Program-made: the position numbers and the translations under genes
Notes under the pieces: model-generated
Database searches by the model: none
What the model saw: the letters and a program-made list of their open reading frames with translations, nothing else
Told to the model about the DNA's origin: nothing
Part shown: positions 1 through 9,200 of the stretch, in pieces
Layout: the number at the start of each line of letters is the position of its first letter
How positions within the stretch are numbered: position 1 is the stretch's first letter
Source: Meyerozyma guilliermondii
Taxonomy: Eukaryota
Reading direction: 5' to 3'
Assembly (NCBI GenBank): GCA_051546255.1
Contig: CP128819.1
Coordinates: 930,001-994,000, forward strand
DNA length: 64,000 nt

Positions 1-786
1 CAAGTCATCATTGTAGTATTGCACGGAAATCAAGTACAAGTTGATTACAATGGAGGTTGTGTAGAGCAAGTTTCCTGTCATGGCGAGAAGAAAGAGAAAA
101 ATCGACGTGCCCTTGGTTGACTTCAAGTTGTAGTTCTTGACGATTTGGGGAACCCGAGCCAGCAAGTAGAATCCAGAGCATGTCCAAGCCAGCAACTTTC
201 CAAGATTTGCCCAATTAAAATGCAAACAAATAGCCAGCGATCCCGCAAGGGCCACTGGAGCAGCTTGGGCACCAGGAATGGTGATTATAGCAGACCCCAA
301 GAGCCTCGAAGCTAGTGAATGGGTACCTCTCCGCTTACGTTTGGGACTTTTCGTCAGGTTGGTGAAGGGAGACTTCTTTTGGGAGGCCAAAAGCCGGTCT
401 CTAGGGGATTTCCAGGCGTGGTTGGACGCTCGAATGGCGGATGGTGATTGCAATAGATTGTGAGGAATGCGATGATGAGGGAAGACCCTGGTATAATACC
501 AGTACTGAATGCCCAAGATGAGGTCTATGAAGCAGTAATAGCATGCCAAAGACGTTTGGAACGGAAGTGCTCGTGTTAGAATGCATCCCACGAGATTGGT
601 AGCATCGCCCATCATCCATGAAACTAGGAACAAGAACGATACTCCAGAAACCGACTGATTGATATGATTCTCCAATATTTGCGGAAGCTGTGCAAAGAGC
701 CACACAGACACCGATAGTATGCCCAGGTATCGTGAAGCTTCGGCCAAAGCATGAAGATCCAAATTTACAAAAAACGATGAATGCAT
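1..786 (-). CDS. PQ-loop vacuolar cationic amino acid transporter (Ypq1/Ypq2-like), 3'-truncated by window edge
   Basis: Manual translation from ATG at 786: MHSSFFVNLDLHALAEASRYSGILSVSVWLFAQLPQILENHINQSVSGVSFLFLVSWMMGDATNLVGC..., with a second PQ repeat WTCSGFYLLARVPQIVKNYNLKSTKGTSIFLF near position 100-190. Absent from the ORF track because no stop lies in the window. Confidence 0.88.
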   Translation of the reverse strand, partial: MHSSFFVNLDLHALAEASRYLGILSVSVWLFAQLPQILENHINQSVSGVSFLFLVSWMMGDATNLVGCILTRALPFQTSLACYYCFIDLILGIQYWYYTRVFPHHRIPHNLLQSPSAIRASNHAWKSPRDRLLASQKKSPFTNLTKSPKRKRRGTHSLASRLLGSAIITIPGAQAAPVALAGSLAICLHFNWANLGKLLAWTCSGFYLLARVPQIVKNYNLKSTKGTSIFLFLLAMTGNLLYTTSIVINLYLISVQYYNDDL

Positions 787-1217
787 GGTAGGTGTATGTC
801 GAGCATTTGATGTGGTGATTTTGGGAGTAAGTGATGCTCAGAAATGTATGTGTAAGGGTTGGTGTAAGGTATGTGGAGTGTTAAATAAGTAGGGGGGCTT
901 GCACCGAAACCTTAGATCAATAAGTGCGATCGCTTATCGGAAAGTTTTCTGCGCTGATTATGCGCCGAAAAATGAGAAAAGACAAAGGTATGCGGCTGAA
1001 GAACAAATTTTCAAAAAGAGGGGATATAGTAAAAAAAATTTTTTGGTTCAACTGTTTTATTACGGAATGATATTACCACAGAATCTTCGCAGTCAAACAT
1101 TTCTCTTGACTTTAAGCTTTTTGCATCCGCGTCCATGTGCCCAATTGGGCAGTCCGCGCATCGCATTTACTCATCCTGTCAACGGCCACTAGTGCAGGAG
1201 ATTATCGCATTTTCACC

Positions 1218-1439
1218 ATGATTGAGGTTCAGGCCAATGATCGTCTAGGCAAGAAAATCAAAGTCAAGTGCTTGCCCGAAGACACAGTAGGCGACCTCAA
1301 AAAGATATTGTCGCTTCAGCTTGGTACGGCTCCTGATAAGCTTGTATTAAAGAAAGGGTACCAGGTTTACAAAGACCACATCAGTCTCGAAGACTACGAG
1401 ATCCACGACGGTTTTAACTTTGAATTGTATTACGGGTAG
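1218..1439 (+). CDS. HUB1: Ubiquitin-like modifier Hub1 (73 aa)
   Basis: [29 protein letters not shown]...[14 protein letters not shown] matches Hub1/UBL5, including the C-terminal di-tyrosine; ATG at 1218. Confidence 0.97.
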   Translation: MIEVQANDRLGKKIKVKCLPEDTVGDLKKILSLQLGTAPDKLVLKKGYQVYKDHISLEDYEIHDGFNFELYYG

Positions 1440-1454
1440 TAGATGTACATAGTT

Positions 1455-2513
1455 CTATAAGAAATACTCGACAATTTGCGACGGCCGGCCGTAGAAGCCG
1501 GCAAACATGCCCGGGGCCTGCCCGTCATCTTGCATGCCATTAACACCTTTTCCAACAACGGTATCTTCGTCGTTTTCTGGCGATGCCTCGAATACGTTGA
1601 AGTACTGGCCAGCAAACACCCCTTGCTCGTTGACTTTGCCATCGCTGCTGGTGTCGGTGACCTCGAGAACACTGGCCTTGTTTCCGCACCGGTAGCAGTA
1701 GTTGGGTGCCAGCCACACTGTTAAGCATTTGCCGCCCCAGTAGCTCACATAGCCCTCGTTACATAACTGGTGTGCCCGCACGAGCTGGGATAATCCATTG
1801 TCGTGACAAAACTTGTTCATGACATCGGCGCCGAAAAGGTAGCCAGCACCTCTCGGCGATAACTTGAAGTCAAGAATCTCGGGATCGGGGTCTGACCACA
1901 CCAAATCCGCCATGATCCCATCATGAGGGATCTCCTTGAACCTATCGGTGGCCCTTATCTGATCTAGTCGCTGGCAGCTGGGCGACAAACCTCCGTGGGT
2001 AGCAAATACTCGGCCATCGATGGTCGCTCCCAACGGGAGATAATCAAACACATCGGTGATATAAGTCCAAACATCTGAGCTTCCTTGGTACTTGTGGAGC
2101 ACTTCGGTATAAAAGCCATAGTTGGTGGTGATTGTACGTGATTCATGGTTTCCTCTGATAAGAAATACACGCAGAGGATACCGAAGTTTAAGTGCGATCA
2201 ATAACAGAATCGTTTCCACTGAATAGTAGCCTCGATCCACATAATCCCCCAAAAATAAGTAGTTTGTATGTGGTGGATACCCGCCGATTTGAAATATTTC
2301 GAGTAAATCATGGTACTGGCCGTGAATATCGCCCACAACGGTGATGGGAGACTGGACCAGAAGGATATTGGGGTCGCCCAATAATTGAGATTTAAGGTTG
2401 TGACAGAGTTGTTGAACGGTTTCCGGAGGTAGCAACCGCGGGGGCTTGTGATCCAGGAGCTGAGACAAGCAGTGGTCCAAATCTGGTATGGGGATTTGAA
2501 ACGGTATCGTCAT
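1455..2513 (-). CDS. PPG1: PP2A-related Ser/Thr protein phosphatase Ppg1
   Basis: GDIHG, GDYVDRG, RGNHE, TVW(S)APNYCYRCGN motifs; C-terminal EYFL; adjacent to HUB1 as in S. cerevisiae. Confidence 0.9.
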   Translation of the reverse strand: MTIPFQIPIPDLDHCLSQLLDHKPPRLLPPETVQQLCHNLKSQLLGDPNILLVQSPITVVGDIHGQYHDLLEIFQIGGYPPHTNYLFLGDYVDRGYYSVETILLLIALKLRYPLRVFLIRGNHESRTITTNYGFYTEVLHKYQGSSDVWTYITDVFDYLPLGATIDGRVFATHGGLSPSCQRLDQIRATDRFKEIPHDGIMADLVWSDPDPEILDFKLSPRGAGYLFGADVMNKFCHDNGLSQLVRAHQLCNEGYVSYWGGKCLTVWLAPNYCYRCGNKASVLEVTDTSSDGKVNEQGVFAGQYFNVFEASPENDEDTVVGKGVNGMQDDGQAPGMFAGFYGRPSQIVEYFL

Positions 2514-2619
2514 TCATAAAGAGACCGACGTGAAAAATGCGCGAATGTGAACCAGTTGCAAATTAAGCGAGGTAGTAAAAACTTGTATCTACAAGACTAA
2601 CAACAATAGCAGCAAGAGG

Positions 2620-2655
2620 CAGAAAGTAGCAGAAAGCACAGAAAGCAGCAGAAAG
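2620..2655. repeat. Short degenerate tandem repeat (CAGAAAG x4, ~10-bp period)
   Basis: CAGAAAG at 2620, 2630, 2639 and 2649 in the ARG8-PPG1 spacer. Confidence 0.6.
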
Positions 2656-2687
2656 ACATTTATAGAGGTACATTTATAGTGGGTAGC

Positions 2688-4097
2688 TCATGCCTTGCCA
2701 AAGTTGACCACCTCCTCGATAGAATCGTCGATCACCTGGAGCCCTTCCTCTATCAATTCGTCGGGAATGTTCAATGCCGGTACCAATCTTAACACATTCA
2801 ATCCAGCACTGATCACAAGTAATCCATGATCTCTGCACTTCTGTACAACATCTCCTACCTCTACCGAGTTACCGAATTGTAACCCAAGTAACAATCCTTT
2901 ACCCTTGACTTCTGTAACATGTTCTGGGTACTTGTTGGCAATCTTGGTCAATCCTTTTATAAACTTTTCGGATTTGTCGTTGACGGCTTGCAAAAATTCT
3001 TTATCGCTAACCTTATCAACCACATAGGTGCCTATCCTTGATCCCAATGGATTACCTCCGTAAGTAGTACCATGGTCTCCTACCTTGAGCACCTTCTCTA
3101 TCTTTTCTGAGATCATGGTTGCACCAATAGGAAATCCATTTCCTAAAGCTTTGGCCATGGTTACAATATCAGGGTGGGCCTCAGCTGGCATCAGCGAGTG
3201 AGTCCACAACGAACCTGATCTTCCCAATCCACACTGTATCTCATCGTAGATGAGCACCACATCATTTTCATCGCAAAGTTTGCGCAACCCAATCAAAAAC
3301 TCAGTATCCATCACCGTCACTCCACCCTCACCTTGAATGGGTTCAATGATCACTCCACAAGTTTTTTCCTTGCTGATCACCTCCTTGACGCTGTCTAAAT
3401 CGTTGGCTTTAGCAACCTTGACTCCAGGAACCAAAGGTGTGAAGGGAGCTTGGTATTTGGAGTTGGTTGTCACAGACAACGATCCCATTGAACGGCCATG
3501 GAACGAATTTTCAAAAGCGATAAACTCATATTTGTCGTCACTGAAGCTCTTACCGTACTTCCTTGCAAATTTCATCGCTGCTTCGTTGGCTTCGGTTCCA
3601 GAATTACACAAGAATACTCTCTGAGCTTCTTGCATTCCCCCGGAATTCAATGTCTTTGTAACAAGCTTGTTGGCAAGCTCTCCCGCATGCATGTTATAGT
3701 ACAAGTTCGAACAGTGCACAAGAGTATTAGCTTGGTTGGCAATGATTTCAGCAATTTCACTATTAGCATGTCCCAAAGCGGTTACGGCAACTCCAGCAGT
3801 AAAGTCAATGTACTGGCGATTTTCCAAATCGTACAAATGAGATCCCTTCCCATGAGTAACTACCAAGTTGGGACGAGCATAAGTGGTGACCGTGTATGGC
3901 TTAGATATCGTGTTAACGTACTGTCCTGTATGAGAGTCATCGTTGGGGTCAGCGTGGGTCACTTCTTTGAAGTTTGTGAATGATTGTGAAAGACTACGAC
4001 GAGACCAATGAATTGTTTGAGCCTTGAGCAGCTGTGTTATAGGCAGCTGGAACAACCTGAGGTTCTCAGGTACCCGTTTTGGAATAGCCCTTAACAT
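2688..4097 (-). CDS. ARG8: Mitochondrial acetylornithine aminotransferase
   Basis: Class-III PLP aminotransferase motifs NSGTEANEAA, FHGR, IYDEIQCGLGRSG, AKALGNG; Arg-rich presequence; first ATG at 4097. Confidence 0.95.
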   Translation of the reverse strand: MLRAIPKRVPENLRLFQLPITQLLKAQTIHWSRRSLSQSFTNFKEVTHADPNDDSHTGQYVNTISKPYTVTTYARPNLVVTHGKGSHLYDLENRQYIDFTAGVAVTALGHANSEIAEIIANQANTLVHCSNLYYNMHAGELANKLVTKTLNSGGMQEAQRVFLCNSGTEANEAAMKFARKYGKSFSDDKYEFIAFENSFHGRSMGSLSVTTNSKYQAPFTPLVPGVKVAKANDLDSVKEVISKEKTCGVIIEPIQGEGGVTVMDTEFLIGLRKLCDENDVVLIYDEIQCGLGRSGSLWTHSLMPAEAHPDIVTMAKALGNGFPIGATMISEKIEKVLKVGDHGTTYGGNPLGSRIGTYVVDKVSDKEFLQAVNDKSEKFIKGLTKIANKYPEHVTEVKGKGLLLGLQFGNSVEVGDVVQKCRDHGLLVISAGLNVLRLVPALNIPDELIEEGLQVIDDSIEEVVNFGKA

Positions 4098-4159
4098 GAT
4101 TAATGTTATCTTCCCCAATTTTCGCTCGTTTTTCAACCCATACAGGTGCAGGAAAAAGT

Positions 4160-4167
4160 TGACTCAT
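4160..4167. promoter_or_regulatory. Gcn4 response element (TGACTCAT) upstream of ARG8
   Basis: Exact TGACTCA consensus about 63 bp upstream of the ARG8 ATG in a 77-bp spacer; ARG genes are classical Gcn4 targets. Confidence 0.7.
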
Positions 4168-4174
4168 GGGTCCA

Positions 4175-5974
4175 CTATCTAGTAATGTCAATTGTGAGCT
4201 CGAGCTGAGGGCTAGCATACTCAAGAGTGGCAATCTTGCGAGAGATAAGTCGGTTGATTTCGAATCTAAACCGAGATTCGTCGTCAATACTAGCACCGAT
4301 CATCAGGAATTTCAACCCCACCACGAAAAGGCGGTGATTGAACTTTGTAATAAATAACTTGTCAACCGTAAACGATTTCTTGAAGCCCTCGATAGTGTAA
4401 ATGCCATCGATGATTTCATTTTTTAGGTTGTAGTAGTCGTAACTTGAGTAAGGATATGACAATAAGAGTATTGAACCAAGCTTACTCACAAGTCTCCATC
4501 CAGTAAAGCACAAGAGGCAAGCAATGGTCAAGGTAGAAGCGTCACTAATCTCCAAGTCTATCTTTGACGTGAAAGCCTCTGGTATAACTGGAAGTAATGC
4601 GAGGCCAATTGCAAAAAGTAGAGTCAAAAAATGGGTAGGATGCTTGAGTATCACCGACAATACCGGTCGTATGCGACCCTCTCCTCCCTTCTCTTTCCCA
4701 GTGGAAGATATCATTTCGTTAATCCGATCGGACGCAACAATATATCTCGAGGTTAAGAGGGTAAAGATGATGGTGATACACAACGAAACCTCGTATGCAA
4801 ACATATTTTCAATAGTTCCGCCGCCATGAATGTGATGAGACAGATGCTGGTGGGCCTCTTGGTCAACTTGCGGGTCCTTCACTATCCACTCAATCACAAA
4901 CTCCTCGCAAAAGTGGCTAATTAGGTCGCAGCCCACCATGATCAAAGAGGTACTCAATGCAAACCCGGCGAGCACCTCGAGGCGTCCAAGTCCAAATGGA
5001 TAAGCGATTGACGAACAGCTCCAAACTTCAAAATTTGACATCACATCGACAAGCACTATTACCAACGACCCAAGCGAATCGTACACGACAAGATGAGCAA
5101 GAGTCGATAAAGATGCGAGCTTGAAATGAAACCCAACTATAAATAAAGCCACCGCAAGCAAAAGGTGACACACCGACCAGGCGAGCTTTATCTTTTGGTG
5201 AGATGTCAATGAAGAAACCGACTCCTTGAATGTGGGAATCGGATGCAGATCTGGGATCATGGCTTGATTCGCGGATACGGCAGCAGGCGGAGGTTCCTGG
5301 AACAAGTTCATAGACACCGACGAGTGCTTGTATTTGTGACCTTTTCTGTGGGCAGTTTTCACCTGGAGCGTTGGTCCCGAGCCATTTCCATGGATCATTA
5401 ATTCCTGGGGCTGGAAATTGAAAGGCTGAGGAGACTTTGACGGCGAGGAAGATCTTCGAACCGGCGACTTGGCCCTATAATTGCGACCATTGCGTGACGG
5501 AGACGTGGCTCGAATTGGAGAACTGGACCTCGAACCCGACGGAGGAGCAATCGGCGCCGAAGGAATGTACGACCTTGTGGAAGCAAAATACGCTGAGTTA
5601 CGTGCTCTTGGAGTGTTGTTTATGCGGTGAGCAGGACTTCCGTCTTCCAGTATTATGAGTTGACTCGTATCCATGTCGAAAACAGACTTTGGTCTCGGTG
5701 TCCGATTAGAGAATGTAGTGCGTTGGGGAGAAGCTAGCGATGAGTTTGAGTACCGTCTGGGTATGGGACTTTGCTGGAGACCAATTGTGGGTGTTCCGGG
5801 AACGCTTTCGGCGGCGTGGGCATCGTATACGTCGGAATCCCCAAGTGAATCGGTGGAAAAATTGGCACTTTGAAGAAACAGGAGATTAGGTGGGTTACTC
5901 AAAATTTGGGTTTTTGTTGTTCCATATTGTTCACCATCAGATATGTCGTCAGGAGGATCGATCTCGGAAGCCAT
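4175..5974 (-). CDS. ZRG17: ER zinc transporter, CDF family (Zrg17)
   Basis: Ser/Pro-rich N-terminus, HKYKHSSVSMN motif, CDF transmembrane region with YPFGLGRLEVLAGF and a His-rich loop. Confidence 0.85.
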   Translation of the reverse strand: MASEIDPPDDISDGEQYGTTKTQILSNPPNLLFLQSANFSTDSLGDSDVYDAHAAESVPGTPTIGLQQSPIPRRYSNSSLASPQRTTFSNRTPRPKSVFDMDTSQLIILEDGSPAHRINNTPRARNSAYFASTRSYIPSAPIAPPSGSRSSSPIRATSPSRNGRNYRAKSPVRRSSSPSKSPQPFNFQPQELMIHGNGSGPTLQVKTAHRKGHKYKHSSVSMNLFQEPPPAAVSANQAMIPDLHPIPTFKESVSSLTSHQKIKLAWSVCHLLLAVALFIVGFHFKLASLSTLAHLVVYDSLGSLVIVLVDVMSNFEVWSCSSIAYPFGLGRLEVLAGFALSTSLIMVGCDLISHFCEEFVIEWIVKDPQVDQEAHQHLSHHIHGGGTIENMFAYEVSLCITIIFTLLTSRYIVASDRINEMISSTGKEKGGEGRIRPVLSVILKHPTHFLTLLFAIGLALLPVIPEAFTSKIDLEISDASTLTIACLLCFTGWRLVSKLGSILLLSYPYSSYDYYNLKNEIIDGIYTIEGFKKSFTVDKLFITKFNHRLFVVGLKFLMIGASIDDESRFRFEINRLISRKIATLEYASPQLELTIDITR

Positions 5975-6275
5975 TATGATTTAAAATGGTATTTTGGTTG
6001 ACTTCAGACGATCGGTGAAATTGTTTGTGCGACCGCGAACGTATGTTGGTGAGCGCGAGATGCGGCTGAAGGCTGCAAAAAGCGAAAGTTACAGAGTTTG
6101 AAACAGCCCAAAAACATAAAAAGAGCGGAAAATGACACAGACTTTGATCATTTTGACAAATGAATTATCATCTTTTTAAATAACCTACTAGTTTCATATA
6201 TTAACTGCCCATCATGAAGCAGTCGTCCTATGGCACTGGAACTATTACTTCATTTCCTTGTGTGCTTCTTAAAGC

Positions 6276-9200
6276 TTAAAGAGGATTCTCTCGCAACACA
6301 TACGCACCAAACATCAGGAGGTTTATGCAGCTGTCGTTGAGGTCTTCGGATCCATTGGTAGAGCCTTCGATAATCTCAAAACTCTTGATTTTGAAGGGCT
6401 TGACTTTCTCACTTGAACTTCTCTTCTTATCCACTGGCACGGCCACAAGTCCTGAATCATTGAACGCAGCAAAATCTGATCCGCAATTGAGCTCTTCCTC
6501 GTCAAGCATAATCGAACATGCCTGGATTTCTTCTTTCTTGTACGCTTCGAATGGATTTGAGGTGCTTGGTTCAGGTAGGTTGAAGATACGGGAAATTGAC
6601 GAGATTGCATCATTAACAAAGAGCTGCTTGCTATGTTGCTCCGTTGGTGGGGCGTCAATCTCCTGGTTTCCGTTGAAGTCATCCTGTGTTGCAGCCGGAG
6701 AGTTTTCAAACATTCCATTTGCTTGAAGCGTAAGTGCCAGTGTCAAGGAACTCTTCATGAGTAGTAAAAGGTCATACAATAGAATCCGTAGACTTTCGTT
6801 GTTGGAGGAAAGAAAGTTAGACTTGAGTAGCTCGATCAAGTTACGAACAAAAGTAAACTTCTCTCCATCTTTGGTTATTATCGTGGTAATCAATGGCACT
6901 TTGTGAATGATGATTATTCTCAAGTATACGGAAATTGCATTTTGTAGGTCAACAGCAGTGTTTTCATCTATACTTGGCGACTTTGCGATTGGAAGGAGCT
7001 CCTGCAAAAACTTGTTCAATTCAGTAAAAAGTTCTCCAGTAACAGCGTCTCTGGTATACGAAACAGAAAATTTCTTGAAAAAGTCCTTTAGTATTGGAAA
7101 GAGGTTCTCCCCTTGTTCGGTGCACAAGGAGAGCCGCCCTCCGTCAAACTTCGTGCATGTCAAAAACTTGGTTTCAAGAACACGCAAAAACATATACTTG
7201 TACTCAGGACCACAATAATTAGTGATCTCACCAAAGAAAGAGTTATCCTTCAAAAGATCACTGTGAAACGAGTATAGCAAACTTTCGGTAATGATTTCAA
7301 TCTGCCTGGAAGCTTCCAGTGTTCCCAAGTATTCCAATTCATTCAGGGTGATAGTCCTCAACAAAATTTGACATATAGGTAGACTAAATTCGTTTGCTAC
7401 CTTTCCAAGGACAGGAATATCATTGATCAAACTGATGCTAGAGTCTGGCGAGATACCTGCTAATTCGTTGCATACCCTTATTATCTCTGAATTTGTGAGA
7501 TGTTTCACTAGTTCATCGATGACGTCCCTAATGTGATAAAGGCAGCAACCTCTTAAAACTGAAAGCATATTCTCCTTTAGTATTTGTTCGACAGGAACAT
7601 GAGACTGTGTGCGTTTGAAACTTTTCAATATAATGGGAAGCACAGAAACCGAATTTTTTGTAAGATAAGTCTCCCGAAGAATCTGGAGCATTACTTGCTG
7701 ATTAGAAAATATACCAGTCCTAACATTCTTTCCAAACAATACTTGCATGATTGTATCGTAGTTGCTTTCAGCGGAGAAGCCGTAGTTTTCACTTGTTAGT
7801 AGCTGGACAACGAGCAGATAATCGATGAGCTCGTAACAAAGTAGCTTTTTTAATAAGAGAAGTATTTTTGTTGAATCACTCATTTCACCAATATGAGCTT
7901 TGATGAGTGTGCTCACGTCTGTAGATTCTTTGCTCGCTTTAAGTAGTCTGTCGTGGTGTACTATCAAACGAATCAAAGACACCTCCTCGTCGTATTGAAG
8001 GTTCCCCAAAGTTTCATCAAACTTGATAAGTAGTTGTGAAAAATTGTCAAGAACTGTGTTTGAAGCCAAAGTAACCTTCAATGTCTTACATGACTCTCCA
8101 AGTTCTTCTTCGCTCAATAAGGGAACTGGTTCTGCAATGATGTCATCGAGAACAGTCTTGAGGTCCTCAGTAGAAGGAGACACATTTTGCCAAGGATTAG
8201 ACCATTCTGCTATAATCTCGGTGGAGCTCAATGCAACCGTACCTTTATTCTTCGGTTTCTGCATTGTCTTGTGGTCCCAAACCGAGCTAAATTGCAATTC
8301 ACTCGAACTGATCATCGACTCAAAAAATATCCATATACTTCTAAACTTTGTGTAATCGAAGTCTCGAGACTGAAGATCTTTATAATGGAGAAGAATAAGT
8401 TTCATTAGTTCGAGAATCGTAGGAACTTCGGAAGGCGACGTTGTGATGTACTTTATAAGTTTGAAGTGACGAACAACCAATTTCGCTATGAGATATAACG
8501 AGTCAAGGTAAAAGATAATTATACCGCCATCGTTTCTCAAAACTAGCTTGATTATTCCCTTGAAAAATACCGTTAAGTTGTCACAAGCACAAAAAAGGTC
8601 ATACAAAATGGAAATCGTCGAGGGGTAAACGTGGATAAGCTTGGTGGAACTCATGATGGTATTTTTGAGTTGGGTAGTAAGCCAGTTTATCAACAAGAAT
8701 TTCAAACCAACTTCCAAATTTTGGAAATATTCAATACCCGAACCTTGAACGAACGCCTTTTCTTTGCTTTCGAGTAGATTCTCAATGATATTTTCTTGCA
8801 AAATAATTTTCCCCGTATCAAATTTAGTTTTGAAATTGAAATCGTCCAGTACCCATTTTCTCAATATGCTGTCACATTGCTTGTTATTTGTCACTGGGAG
8901 GTTTTTCAATATACTCAAGTGAGTACTGATTTCATTGTTCAAAATGAGCTTTTGAGAGCTTTCCTCGGGCGAGACGTAGAAAACTCCCGATGCAATGAGT
9001 CTCCTAATGTATGAAGATATAGTGATAATTTTTAGCTGGTACAACTCATTGATCAAGACGTAAAGACTATACGATTTGATCTTCGCTGTAGGATCTGAAA
9101 CCACTTGGTATATTATTTCAAGAATTTCACTTTCAAATTCGGCTTTTTTCTGGGAGTCAATCCGCTTGTACAAAACCTTTCCTTTGATAAAGTTGCAGGC

